DNA of 63,363 nt, the filler included, from Folioceros fuciformis (Eukaryota): NCBI GenBank assembly GCA_049999805.1. It is 4 parts of 3 records of this genome, joined end to end, with 100 filler letters (N's around TTAATTAATTAA, not from the genome) between each part and the next. Parts side by side here need not be neighbours in the genome. Positions count along the whole stretch, not along the records: positions 1 to 26,122 come from JBNGIO010005366.1; positions 26,223 to 43,419 come from JBNGIO010005367.1; 2 more parts are not named here. One strand, written 5' to 3'. The notes beneath the pieces are model-generated. The model was not told where the DNA came from and made no database searches. It saw only the letters and a list, made by a program, of their open reading frames with translations. Position 1 is the stretch's first letter, and every line of letters begins with the position of its first letter. This document shows, one piece after another, positions 13,697 through 26,994 of this stretch. The translations under genes were made by a program, and so were the position numbers.

Positions 13697-13870
13697 GGCG
13701 CACCCTTAGGGACACCATCACCGCCGACATGCCCTTGGGCACACCATCATCCGTGGCTCGTCCCTGGGTGCGCCATTACCCCTAGAGTGCCCAGGCCACT
13801 CCATTATCCCTAGTGTGACCCAGGGTGCCCTATAATACATGGCGTGCCCATGGATGTGCCACTATGTATT
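13697..13870. repeat. Degenerate ~28-29 bp GC-rich tandem repeat (about 6 copies)
   Basis: Units such as GGCGCACCCTTAGGGACACCATCACC, CATGCCCTTGGGCACACCATCATCC and CGTCCCTGGGTGCGCCATTACCC, upstream of the transposase remnant. Confidence 0.55.
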
Positions 13871-14029
13871 GTACATTCGCCATGTATAGTGATTGCCTTC
13901 CACCACTTGCTGTCTTCCAACTTGTGTAGTGCCAGAGTCTTATGAAGACAAGCTTCGTGCACATCGAGAGCATATTAAAGAGTAGAGAGGAAAGCTAGGG
14001 AAACATCGGCTGAAATGTCAAGGCCACCC

Positions 14030-15250
14030 AAGTCAATATATTGGAATGGCAATAGATGGAATGGATCAGAGCAAAACAGAACTTCTGCACTTCACTGGAT
14101 CGCTAAAGGATTTTGCAAATGGGCTCATCTGCATCCATCTTGTAGGCTGCCTTGTCTACAACACTAGAGTTTGAATGAAGGTTTTCCTCAATTTCCCAAG
14201 CATCCGAAACGATGCAAACTTGACAATTCATATTATACAAGACGCCATCTCTAAGCATTCTGGTGTATTGCGCAAGACTTTTTATCTACAGTTAGACAAC
14301 ATTGCTCGGGAAAATAGGAATATGCTTTGTTTGCATAAATGAGTATGCTTGTGTAAAAAGGTGTTCTCAAGAATGTGAAGATTCGCTTTCTCCTAGTAGG
14401 GCACACGCACGATGCTGTTGATCAAATGTTCTCATGTTTTTCAAAGACACTAAAGCACAAGAAGGCCTTGTTATTGGACACCATGTTGAAGCTGATTAAG
14501 CAGGTGTACACACCTTGTCCGGAGGTTCATATGGTCACAAAGGTGGCTGACTTTTGAGCCTATGTATGGCCAGAAGAAACGGGAAAGTGAGGGCAAAACG
14601 ATGCTGCAGTTTGCAACTTACATAATCATAGTTTCCAACACCAGTTCAGAATAACTTGGGAGGAGCAAAGTGGAGGCATGATGATAACTGCAATCTGTGG
14701 AAAGCAACTGTCAACGTCTAGATAGTGGGAGCCACAAGAGGGTCTTGATTTTTTACTCCCATTGCTAGCGCACCATTACTTGGCTTGAAGATCCATGGGA
14801 AGGAACATGACCCTAATCCTTTGCATAGATTGGCACAGATCACGAAGATGCTTGAAGAACTGATGGAAAAATACTTAAGTGCTTTAGAGAAGGAGTGGTG
14901 GGGAGCGTATTGGTTGTCTCAAGAACGCATCGCCAACCGAATTGTAAGTGGAAAAAATCGGCAATTGCGTGTGCCTTGGGTATGGTATAATAGGGAGGCA
15001 GTGACATCCTCTATTGTGGAGGGGGAGATGTATCTAGCCTCGGAAGAAATGGATGGAGTAGTTAGGCCTACGGAGCGAAGACATATGTACGTCAGACCCT
15101 ATCGGCCTATAGGAACTGCGGCAATGGAGGAAGTGAGGTTGAAATGCAGAATTGCTGAAATCAAGGAGTGTGATATGATCGCTATCCCTTGTGAAGGGGA
15201 TTCACACAATCAGCCATTTGGGTTGCCCAAGTACAAGAGGTTAATACCAC
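14030..15250 (+). mobile_element. DDD-type DNA transposase pseudogene, Sola1-like
   Basis: Translated motifs IDGMDQSKT...HLVG...NDANLTIHII...FYLQLDNIARENRN...FLLVGHTHDAVDQMFS; frameshifted and stop-interrupted. Confidence 0.65.
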
Positions 15251-15253
15251 ATC

Positions 15254-15300
15254 TGTAGAGTTATTAAAGCCCAATGTGCTTAAACTAATGTGTTTAGTCT
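15254..15300 (+). repeat. 5' fragment of a Tork-like copia LTR (same family as 17426, 19285 and 54591)
   Basis: TGTAGAGTTATTAAAGCCCAATGTGCTTAAACTAATGTGTTTAGTCT matches the LTR start at 54591 nearly base for base. Confidence 0.8.
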
Positions 15301-15453
15301 AAGAATTTAGAATTGAATATGAACTATTTGGTGTTTGGCATCCATGAATGCCACTTGATATTTGGTACTTCAAGAATTCATATAATGTCGTAGAAAAGAC
15401 CTCTAAATCTTAGAATACCAAGAGTTAGAAATAATAGCAAACCACATTGGTTC

Positions 15454-18400
15454 TGTACCAATATGGTTAGTCAGCCAGACCTAGTAGTTAGTATAGGTAG
15501 TTAGCTAGGCTAGCGAAAGGACACATCCCTTACGAGACCACCTATAAAAGCTCACCTATGAATACACTTAATTCATTTTTAATATATCATCTTTGCTTAA
15601 GACGCTTCCGCATGCAATTCTAACTTGGTATCAGAGCCTTGGCTCCTACCATGGTCTCTAGGTTCAATGGCTAGACTTTATACGTATCATTACGTAGGTG
15701 AGCCATGGACCTTTGAAGCTCCATGTGCTTGCTTATGGTTAGAAGAAAGTGATGGAAAGCAGATTGGTTCCATTTGACCACAAAGAAGCAGCTACGATGA
15801 GGTCCTCATCGTCGCTTCCATTCAATTTAATAGAAGAGCTTTCTCAAGCCTCGCAATGAATTTAGTTTGTCTATATTTATAGAGCTTAAATTTATTGTCT
15901 TTCATTTTTATATAAGCTTAGGAACAGGAAGAAATAATGTAGAAAAATTAAAACTATTTTTTCTATTTATTTTCTTTCCTCTTTTGCTATTTACTTGCCT
16001 ACGGGATTTGATTGGGTCTATGTAGGCTTGTTCTTAAGATGGATAGAGGGGGAGGGGGAGCCTCAAAGGTTTTTCTCTCTTCTAACATTTATCCTCTTCA
16101 AATTGAAGAAACAACTTGAGTAGGGCTAAAGGCCAAAGTTGCCTACAAGTTTTTCAAGTACAACGAGGCCCAAGCCCAAGCTTATGCTCTAGAGCAACGC
16201 TCTCTTCATTATCAAAACCTCTAGTAGTCGATCACAAATATCAGCACTAATCTTGTGAATGTTGCTGAAACTGTTTGGCGAATTGAGTCAAGCTTTGATA
16301 AGGCAAACATTTTGAAAAACAATCTTGGAGCACAGGATCCGGCTGATGCGTCGTAGGTGGCTGGTGTGAGTGTGATTGCTTTGAACTCCCCTAGAAAAGT
16401 TTTTGCTCACACTACATTTGTGTTTTTCTGAGCCTTGTGTCACAACACATTGCTCGTTCACACAATTGTGGAGCCAAGGATTTGACCATGTCAGGAGGCA
16501 CTCCACCACCACCGCCGCCTCCACCATCTCAAGCTCCTATGATTAATGTTATGAACGTCTCTATTGACTTCAAAGAGAGATCGGTTCAATGGGACCAAAT
16601 ATGAGATTTGGTCTCAACGGATGAAGACGGCTTTCTACACGCTCGATCTTCTCCCACTAGTGCAGGGTGTTTCCCCAAAGCCTACCGCACCTCAGTCAGC
16701 GGTTGATGCTTGGCTCAAGCTGGATCGTCAAGCCATGCAGATGTTGGTTTCCGGCCTTGAACTCAACAACCATCAGTTCAAAGACTATTGTGAGGCGCGT
16801 GGGACCTTGAGACAATTCACTATTCTCTACACTTCTGCTTAGAATGGTGTTGCTGAGAAGGCCAATGGCGATCTTATGCCCATGGTGCGGGCTATGTTAG
16901 CCCAGTCTCGCTTGCCTAAGTCTTTTTGGGCTGAGGCAGTCTCTACGGCAGCCTACATCAAGAACAGGTTACTAACCAAGTCCGTTGTTGGCCGTACTCC
17001 TTTCGAGTGCTGGCATGGGTTTGTTTGATCACTCATTTGCGCGTCTTTGGCTCCCTTGCTTATGCCTATGTCCCCTCCCAGCTCCGTGATAAGCTTTCTT
17101 CCTGAGCACAGAAGCAGGTGTTTGTGGGTTATGGTGAAGTTCGCAAGGCGTACAATTTGATTGACGTAGCTACTCGGAATCCTGTTTAGGCTCGAACTGC
17201 CACTTTCGACGAGGCTAGTATTCTCTCTTTTGGTCCGCTTCTGGATGAGAAGGATGATGCAGCTTCTATCCACCATAGTCCCCGCTCTACTGACAGCCGT
17301 TTTGTTCACTTTGATTTAAGCCCTTTGTTTTTTCCTGTTAGTGTTGTTCCTGTCCCTACCATGGCTCCTTTACCTCAAGCAATTCCAGATCTTCCGGTTC
17401 CTGCTCGAGAGGGGGAAGATGATCATGTAGGGTTATTAAAGGCCAATGTGCTTAGACTAATGTGATTAGTCTAATTAGACTAATGTGATTAGTATAATTA
17501 GACAAGTTAGTCTAATTAGGCAAGTTGAACGTCGTGATGTGCAGGAACAAGTTCCTCCACTTGTACAAGAGGAGAGAGGGCAACCACCTCCGGTCGAGGC
17601 GCCAGTGCTTCGTAGGTCAGGAAGGATCTCACATCCTCCTGACAGGTATGTTGCATCTCTTGATTATGTCATGCTGACGGATTGTGGGGAGCCCTCTTGT
17701 TATCAAGAGGCCATGTTAGTGACTGACAAGGACAAGTGGGAAAAGGCAATGTAGTCGCAGATGGATTCGCTCCACAAGAACCAAACTTGGGAGTTGGTTC
17801 GCTTGCCTAAGGGCAAAAAGGTGTTGCCATGCAAATGAGTGTATAAGGAAGGACATATCCCATTATGGCAAACCCAAGTACAAGGCACGATTGGTTGCTA
17901 AGGGTTTTAAGCAACAGCAAGGTATTGACTTTGATGAGATTTTCTCACCGGTTGTCAAAATGACCACCTTGCGATGTGTTCTTGGTCTGGTTGCGAGGCT
18001 CGACATGGAACTTGTCCAGATGGATGGGAAGTCGGCATTTTTGCATGGTGATCTCCAGGAAGAGGTATACATGCAGCAACCAGAGGGTTTCATTGAGAAG
18101 GGCAAAGAGAATCTGGTGTGCAGGTTAAAGAAGAGCCTTTATGGTTGGTTTCAAGCAGGCACCCAGGGAGTGGTATTTCAAGTTCCACTCATTTATGCTT
18201 TCTCAAGGCTATAAGCGTAGCGATGAGGATCATTGCCTCTATACAAAGCAAGCTTAGGATGGAAGCTTGCTCATTCTGGTCCTCTATGTGGATGATATGC
18301 TAATTGTTGGGACTAACAGTGATGAGATTTCAGCGTTGAAGTCAAAGTTGAATGGTCGCTTTGACATGACAGACTTGGGAGAGGCAAGTCATATTCTTGG

Positions 18401-20144
18401 CATGCGTATTCGTCGAGATAGACAAAAGCGTTTGCTGTACTTGTCTCAGACTGTATACATTAACAAGGTGCTTCAACGTTTCAATATGGAGAAGGGGAAG
18501 GTCTTAAGTACTCCGTTGCCTCCATATGTTAAACTTTCGAGCAAGGATTTCCCAAGTTCTGCGGAGGATAAAGCTGAAATGGAGAAGGTTCCATACTCAT
18601 CAGCTGTAGGGAGTTTGATGTATGTAATGATTGCTACACGTCCGGACATTGCTTTTGCAATGGGAGTGGTTAGCAGGTTCATGTCAAACCCTAGCAGGAA
18701 GCATTGGGAGGCAGTGAAAGGAGTTATGAGGTACTTGAATGGTACAAAGCTTTGTGCTTATGTTTTGGTAGTGAAGACGCATCTGTCGTGGGATATATGG
18801 ATCCTGATTATGCAGGGGATATGGACAAAAGGAGGTCCACATCAAGTTACGTCTTCATGTGCGCAGGAGGGGCAATCTCATGGCGATCTCATTTGCAATC
18901 ATGCATAACGCTATCTACAATAGAGGCTGAGTATGTTGCAACGACTGAGGCATGCAAGGAAGCCATGTGGCTTGCTCGTCTAGTGGGAGATTTGGGGATC
19001 AAGGTTTAGCTGCCAATGTTGCATTGTGATAGCCAGAGTGCTATCCAATTGGCGAAGAATCTAGTGTTTCCTACGAAGACCAAACATGTGGAAGTGAAGT
19101 ATCACTTCATTCGAGAGGTGTTGGAAAACAAGAGGGTACAGCCCGTCAAGTTCACACCAGTCAGAACCCTGCAGATGTTCTTACCAAGGGGCTCTCTAGG
19201 GAGCAATTCGCACAAGCTCGAACACTTATGGGCATGAGGTATACTACTTTCTTATGAAGGTAAATTGGCCTTTAAGTGGGAGGTTGTAGGGTTATTAAAG
19301 CCCAATGTGCTTGGACTAATGTGATTAGTCTAATTAAAATAATATGATTAGTTTAATTAGACTAATGTAATTAGTCTAAGATTAGTATCTAATTAAGTGT
19401 CATTAGTTTAGATTAGCTTAAGCTAATATGTAGGAAGCTTCCTACACTGTGAGACCTCTCTTTCTCCTCTCCTCCTCTCCTCCTCTCTTCCTCTCCTCTC
19501 CTCTCTTCTCCTTCATCATGTGGCTCCCTTTCCGATCCTTCAGATCGGCCCATGGATGATGCACGAGGACAGCTGCTTCTGGATTTGGGGAGCATACATG
19601 ATGGAGTGCTCTAGGTGTTCCTTTACCGCCTCCATCACCCTCGAGAGCTGAAGTCGTTGTTCCTGAGCGTAGGTACCATACGCATCAGAGACTATCAAGA
19701 CACCTATGGAATGAGAAGCCATTTGACTTGGAGTTCAATCAAGCTGGTTATATTGATCTTGATCCAGTCGCCTATTCTTTTGCTATGAGTTCTGTTGTTT
19801 CAGAGGGAGATCCTCTCACACTTCAGGAAGCATATGCTAGACCTGAGGCTAACAAGTGGAAACTAGCTGTTGACGATGAGTATTACTCTTTAGTCAAGAA
19901 TGATACTTGGGCATTAGTGGACCTACCCCCACGAAGGACTACTGTCAAGTGCAAGTGGGTACTCAAAACAAAGTTTCAAGAGGTTGAGCCCCGCATACGT
20001 TGTAAAGCGAGGTTAGTGACCAAGGGCTATAGTCAGAAAGAGGGAGTTGACTATCAAGGTGATCAAGTCTACTCACATGTCGTCAAAGCAGCTTCGATAA
20101 GGATGCTCCTTGCTTTATGTGCTAAACTTAACTTGGACATCTAT
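15454..20144 (+). mobile_element. Deleted Ty1/copia element hosting two nested insertions
   Basis: PBS TGGTATCAGAGC at 15626. Gag start (16564 KRDRFNGTKYEIWSQRMK) is fused by deletion to integrase (~16770-17200). The RT start at 19728-20144 (DPLTLQEAY...KCKWVLK...KARLVTKGYSQ) is cut by the next LTR. The left boundary is approximate. Confidence 0.75.
17426..19542 (+). mobile_element. Internally deleted Tork/Tnt1-like copia element (partial 5' LTR joined to RT-RH and 3' LTR)
   Basis: The LTR start at 17426 joins directly to post-integrase sequence at ~17521. RT (LVLYVDDMLI) and RH are present, then PPT AAGTGGGAGG and the 3' LTR at 19285-19542. TSD GATCA/GATCG. Highly similar to 57740-58800. 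Confidence 0.88.
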
Positions 20145-23100
20145 TATGAATTTACGGGGATGAAATATGCACGCATTTGTGATCGAGAGCTGAGGGGAAC
20201 AGAAGCACGAAACTTGGGTACACAAAATTGATTAAGTGAATAAGCAAATGTCTCAGGCATGTTTTATACTAAACCCTAATATTGAAAGGATATGAAAGTA
20301 ATTCTATATATGTCCAACCCTAACCAGACATAACTAACTTAAGCATAGTCCAGGGTTAATCATAACTTAACACTCCCTCTTAAGCTGGATAGGCTAAAGC
20401 AGGTATCACACGTGGGACTTGACGCCCACCAAACAACTCGAGTACTCACGGACACAACTGAACAACGTATGCCAGCGATGGCGATCCATCTGGCCCCAAC
20501 CACATCTTATATCTGGGTGTTCTTCTACACAATTTTAGAGCTCTTGATTTCAGTCGCGATGAGGATGAGCGAGCCCAGAGCTGTATCAAGCTCTCAGTCC
20601 TGTACCCAGGAACCTGAGATCGTGATGGAGGGTGACACAAGCCGTGTGTGTGTAGGCCAATACCTCAACATTCGAGGGTTCAGAGTCCAGCTGAACATCT
20701 CATTGAGTTGGAAACGGCCTACACCGAGTGCTGATGGCGAGGCAGCTGAGTTGCTACTATTTACGGAAGAGGAAATTGAGCGGGAGGCTGAGCTGCTCAC
20801 GCGTCTTAGGGAGTCGGTGAAGCTCCTGGCTCAGTTGAGGGAGGACAGGGAGTATGGACAATAACTGACCAGCAGCCAAGCGATCAGGTAAACGCTGAGC
20901 TTCATCCGTCTGCTGTTGGTTGTCTTTGTGAACTGTATTGAAGATGTTTTACCCTGCGCTTGTCTTGAGCTGCTGTAAACACAGCCTGGTGGCTAGGGGG
21001 GGGGAGGGCTGAAGAAATAACATTCAAATCAGGGAGCAAAGGCTTCCACCCCCACACCATCTAGATAAGCGCTTCAGTTGTCCACTTTGCATCCTTGATG
21101 ATGTGGACTGTCAGGTCTTGGAGGCCAAGCCCTTCCATATGCTGATAATGCTTTGTTTTGGGCAGAGCCTTGGTCAACACATCAGCCGTGTTCTCGTCTG
21201 TGTGGATATAATCCACTTTGACAACAGCACGCCCAACCACATCCCAGATGTAGTGGTGCTGTATTTCTATATGCTTTGTGCGGGCATGAGATCTCGGATT
21301 GGCAACGAGAGCTAAGGCGGACATGTTATCACACAAGAGAGGAGTTGGCTTCATCTGCTGCTGTCCTAAGTCTATAAGGAAGGTCCTCTCCCATTCTGCT
21401 TCTTTTGATGCATCAGTAAGGCTCTTGTATTCTGCCTCTGTCGATGAGAGGGCTATAGATGCCTGCTTTTTACAGCTCCAGTTAATTGCTGTATCTGCCA
21501 AAAGGAAACAGTAGGTAGATAAACTCCGCCTGCTGTCATTGTCGGATGCCCAGTCCGCATCCGCAAATCCCCGCAAAGTAAATTGTCCCTGACCACTGCT
21601 TTTATAGCATAACCCGTAGGTTTGAGTCCCTTTTAAATAACGAAATACTCATTTTGCAGCAACCCAGTGGGCACGGCCAGGGTTCTCTAGGAATTGGGAG
21701 AGTGTGCTCACAGAAAATTGTATATCCGGGCGTGTCCAGTTACCTACAAAGATAAAGCTTCCTATCGCATGTCTGTATGGGACATCAACCATCTCTCTTT
21801 TCTCTGCTTCAGACTGTGGGCACTGCAGACTTGTGAGTTTAACACCCATAGCTGAAGGTGTAGTTGTTGGTCGTGCGTGGTCTAACTTGAACTTAATCAA
21901 TATATCCTGTATGTATTGATTATGGTGGATCATGAGGAGACCCTCTAATCTTGCACGAAGTAATTGTATGCCTAAGTAGAAACGTAGTTCCCCTATGTCC
22001 TTCATTTCATATTTGCTGCTTAGCATGATTTTGACCTCTTCTAACAATTTGATGTTGTTGGCAGATAGGATGACATCATCGACATAGAGTGCAAGCACTA
22101 CATACTCATGTCCTCTCGTCAGTCTATACACGTTACTGTCGGCTGCACTTTGTTTGAAGAATCTACTGAGGAGGTACAAGTGTATATTTAAGTACCAAAC
22201 CCGACCACTCTGTTTTAAACCATAGATGGTTTTCAACAATTTGCACCCTCGCTTGGGATATGTCTTATCTTTGTATCCTTCAGGCTCAGTCATGTAAAGA
22301 TCTTCGTCCAGTGCGCCGTAGAGGTAGGCAGTGCATACGTCCATTTGGTATAGCTCAAGATTGTATTCTGCTGCTAGTGCTAAGATCATCCTGATAGACT
22401 GCGATCTAACAACAGGGAAAAAAGTCTCTTGATAGTCTAGGCCTTCGACTTGTGTGAAGCCCCTGGCAACTAATCTCGCCTTATACCTAGCTATCTCACC
22501 TTTCTCATTCAGTTTTAGCTTGAAGACCCACTTGCAAGAGATGGGTTTTCTACCTGCTAGAAGATCCACTAATTTCCAGGTCTGATTCTTAACAAGACTG
22601 TTGAATTCGTCATCTACTGCAAATTTCCACTTGTCTTTCTCTGGACTCGTAAAAGCTTCTTTCCATGTTTTAGGTTCTAAGTGAATCGTGGTGGATGCAG
22701 CATGGACAGCTTGAACATACAATGTGCGAAAGTCTATAGACTCATACCTTGGTTCATGCCACTGATCACTGTGGTGGTCTATGCGTGGTGGACCTTCTCA
22801 AGGGTGGTTCATGTTCTACGGGGTCAGCAGCCTATGCAATCTCAGGTTGTCCTTCAAAGGTATCAGCTGCAGCAAACAAATCTGGATCATCTCCATCAGC
22901 AGGTATGTCAGGATCGTGTACGTCTACAAGATCATGGTTTTCCTGCTCTTCATTATTGGGATTGTGATCCTCATTCAGATTTTCTGGGTTTGCAGCATCT
23001 GCTTCTTCGATATCAACCTGATCATCTGCCTCTAGGTCGTTGTCCAGACCATCTTGATTGTCATTAACAACTGATGGAATAGGGGCAATGTGTTCGCCAG

Positions 23101-26100
23101 CCGTCTCTTCAGGAAACTCAGATTCTGAGGTCTCACTATGGATAAGTATATCTCCCTCGGAAGGTAAAAGGGGGTTCTGGTCAGCATTTAGAGAAATGAC
23201 GGGTTCAATGAATGTGACAGAACAAGCTAATACCACTTTGTTGTTTGCAGGGTCGTATAGCTTGTATGCTTTCGCGTTATCACTATATCCGATAAATATG
23301 AAAGCTTGGGCTCGAGCATCCAACTTCTTTCTCTTCTCCTTTGGGATGAGAGCAAAAGCTCAAGAGCCAAACACTCGAAGGTGTAACAGGCTGGGTTTTC
23401 GATGCCATATAGCTTCATACGGTGTTTTGGATGAGACAGAACTGGTGATCAGCCTGTTGAGCACATATGTGGCTGCGACAACTACTTTAGCCCAATACGT
23501 CTGGGGCAAGCCAGCCCAGATCAGCATGCTGCGGGTCATGGAGAGAAGTGTTTGATTCTTTCTTTCTGCCACTCCGTTCTGTTGGGGAGTGTAAGGGACA
23601 ATCAATTGACGTCGAATCCCTCGTTCATCAAGGAAAGCATCAAAAGCTAAGTTGTTAAACTCAGAGCCATTGTCTATCCACAGTTGCTTGAGAAGGAGAC
23701 CAGTCTGTCTCTCTATAGTGACTAACCATTCTTGAAAGATGGGAAAGGTATCACTTTTCAATTGTATTGGATAGGTCCATGTGTAACGGGAATAGTTGTC
23801 AGTGAGGCAGAAATAATATTGAGATCCTCCAAGGGAGGGAACATGTATTTTGCCTGATATGTCTGCATGCACTAAATCCAGTGTTTGTGCGGCTCTGTAA
23901 GTAGCCTGTGTAGGAAAACATTGCTGTTTCTGCTTTGCAACAATACAAGCCTCACAGGAGGGCAAGTCCTTGAAACAACGGGGCAGAGGTTCCAAATGGT
24001 ACTGCTGTAGGGACATATCAACAAGCTTGTGTTTGTTGATATGGCCTAGCCGAGCATGCCAAAGGACAGCAAGTTTTTGTGATTCCTGTGATGCAAGACC
24101 TGCTCTGTGGCATATTGTGTAAATATCCAACCTGTACAGGTCATTATCGGGTATGCCCTTGAACACAAGGGTCTGGAGGTCTGTCTTTTTGTAGAAAGAG
24201 CATACATCATCCATAGCACGAAGCTCATATTGTCGAAGTTGCATCAGTTTGCTCAAAGACATCAAATTCTTGGCCATGGTCGGGACATAAAGCACGTCTG
24301 CAAGGGTAAGGATTGAACCATCATGTAGGGTGAACTTACATGTCCCATGGCCTCGTATTTTCAGGCTCGTCTTGCTTCGTTCATCACAGAGAAGCACCTT
24401 GTCAGCACTCAGGCTAAGAGTTAAGGTGAAGAACTGTTCTTTCTGAGTACATATGTGGGAGGTGGCGCCAGAATCCAGGTACCAGCTGCCTGCCTCATAC
24501 CATGCGCTTGTGAGACAAACTGTAAGGATCTTCACAGTAGGTTTGGTATCACATGTTTGTGTCTCCTTGATGGCAACTGTGGCAGTGCCTTTCTGAGTAC
24601 GTTGAGGTTCTTCTGCTTTCTTTTTCTTACATTCCCTTGCCCAATGGCCAGCGATACCGCACCAGTTGCAGTTTCCTGGTCGTTTGGAAGGCGAATTTGA
24701 AGATATAGAATCAGGTCTCCCTCCGGCCTTTGCTTTTCCTTTACTCTTGTTGGGCCTAAAACCTGTAGTTAGCACCTTTTCCGCCTTTTGCCTATGGCCA
24801 CCGGCAGAGATAAGGCGGGCCTGCTCTTCCTGATACAGGGCACCAATCACATCTTCCACAGTGATTGTGCTAGTTGAGGAACCAGCAGCGCCATATGGTT
24901 TTATGGGTTCGTTCTGAGTTGTGACAAACGCCTGATAGGATGGAGGCAAGCTGGAGAGGAGCTTTGCAATTGCTTGTGACTCTGGCACTTTATCGCCAGT
25001 CAGGGAAGTAATCTGAGCTCGAAGGTGTCTAAATCGGCTGATGTGTGATGACACTTTATCTCCCTCCTTCATCCGTAATGTAAAGTACTCCATTTGTATC
25101 GCGCACAAGGACATCATGTTTTGTTGCTGATACATTTTTTCAAGTAGAGCCCACATGACAGCTGATTCCCCAAGGAACTCGATGTCTGGGACAAGATCGG
25201 TGTCAAGTCCATTTATGAGCAGGGCAATAGCTATACTATTGTACTGATCCCATTTTGCGATTTCATCTGCTCTAGGTTTGGGATTGCCATTGGGATCTAG
25301 CTTCACATATGTCCCAGCAACAACGGGCCAAACTCCACAAGCCAAAAACATGGCTTTCATGCGTACTCGCCACACACTATATTTTGACCATTAAAACGGT
25401 CTTTCTCCTTAGTGTCGGCGGTGAATACAAGTACAGCAGTTGCCATAGTGTATAAGGTTTGTACAGGGGGTGGCCAGGTTGTGGGTATTGGCTGCAGGTT
25501 CAGTGATTGAAACTGCTGCACCAAAGAATTCAGCAATGCATCTATCGATCCTGCGGACATAAAATACCTATTTGAACGTACAGTAGCTAAGGCTTTGACA
25601 ATTCAAGAAAGAATCTATGTGCTAGCAGATTGTGTCGATGTGTGCCTAAGTATGTAACGTAGGGAAGGTCTGATGGGGGGGGGGGCTTAGCTTGGAGGGC
25701 AATGGGTGTGGTACACCTGGGGCTTTGCATGCTAACCTCCCCTTACAGTCCTTTGTGTATACATGGTTAGATTACAAAAAAAACGAAACGTTATGCCTTT
25801 TCAATTAGAGGTTAGTAATGGTTCATTTTTCTCTTGAAAACAAGCATGTATGTGAAACCCTAACTGTCATGCCATGCCACCTACTTGTGGACAGAGGTGT
25901 CTGTTGGCTGACCAGTAACATACAGGGAGTAATGAGGAAAGGAAGAGACACACCATTTCAGGTGCCTCTTCAAATCTAGCACCAATTTGTGCCTGCGTCT
26001 GGCGCTCCAAGCTCCCTCGCGCTCGAAGCAGCGGAAGCAAGAATTTCACAGAACTTGGGGTGGCGGATCCTGTGGACAGGTCGCGTTTCTTTCCATTGTA

Positions 26101-26122
26101 ATCCTCAAACTTTGCAGGAGTT
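20145..26122 (-). mobile_element. Relatively intact Ty1/copia retrotransposon, 5' end lost at the contig edge
   Basis: Minus-strand gag-PR-INT ORF 23360-25375 (CNWCGIAGHWAREC, WYLDSGATSH, QQNGVAERKN), RT 21649-22722 (LYVDD) and RH 21061-21576 (FADADWASD). PPT at 20373-20384 and 3' LTR at ~20145-20372. Only a few stops and frameshifts. Confidence 0.92.
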
Positions 26123-26222
26123 NNNNNNNNNNNNNNNNNNNNNNNNNNNNNNNNNNNNNNNNNNNNTTAATTAATTAANNNNNNNNNNNNNNNNNNNNNN
26201 NNNNNNNNNNNNNNNNNNNNNN
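26123..26222. other. Artificial contig spacer
   Basis: 44 N + TTAATTAATTAA (stops in all six frames) + 44 N. Confidence 0.97.
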
Positions 26223-26289
26223 ACCCCTTCGTCGCTCCCTTCTTCTTCCCTGCAGCAGCAGTGTTGGATTGGGCCTTGTCGCCCCCCAT
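26223..26289 (-). CDS. Possible first coding exon of an unknown gene divergent from BRF1, truncated by the spacer
   Basis: ATG at 26289 reads MGGDKAQSNTAAAGKKKGATKG into the gap; a possible 5' UTR acceptor (CAG) lies upstream. Too short to identify. Confidence 0.3.
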
Positions 26290-26994
26290 CGCCTCCACTC
26301 AGTGTTGGCGCAGCTGGAGCCGGAGCTGCCGGCAATCGCACCGCTGCCTCACCTGACCTAATTTATTTCCTACACCGCTCCTTCAATCCTCCGCTGCCTT
26401 CCCGGTCTCGGTCGTGAAGCCGCATACAGATCTCTCTCCTACTTAGACCCCTATGTAAGTAAATATGTAGGTGTCCGTGTAGCGTCTCTCTCAGCCGAAG
26501 CTGAAGCTGGAGCTGAAGCGAAGAGCGATAGCTCGCTACTGATTGTATTTCATGTACATTTTTGCCATGAATCACAAAAGGGTCCGAGAGCCTTTATAAA
26601 AATACAGTACCGTATTTAGTATTTTAGAAGTCTTTCTTTTGTGTCGGAAGATAAATCAGGAAATAGGTAAAATGGAATCTGGGATGCGCGTGCTATAAGA
26701 ACAGTCGTCGCTGCAGATTTGCATCCGAGCTCGAATTCGCTCCTGTTGCTGCGTGAGGCGACCACAGTCAGTGTTTCTTGCTGTTTGCTCTCACAGTGAC
26801 CTCCAGGTCGCTTCCCGGGCCATGTCCGGAGATGGTGAAGCACCTTGCCACAAAAGAAAACGCTGAGATTGCGTTTCTGGTGGCCAGAAAAGGAAGAGGG
26901 GTGGATTTTCGGGATCCTGACGGCCAGAGGTTGGAACTGAGAAACGTGTGGCTGGTTGAGTCTCGTTTTCAACTGGGCCAGGTCCTCGGTTGCC

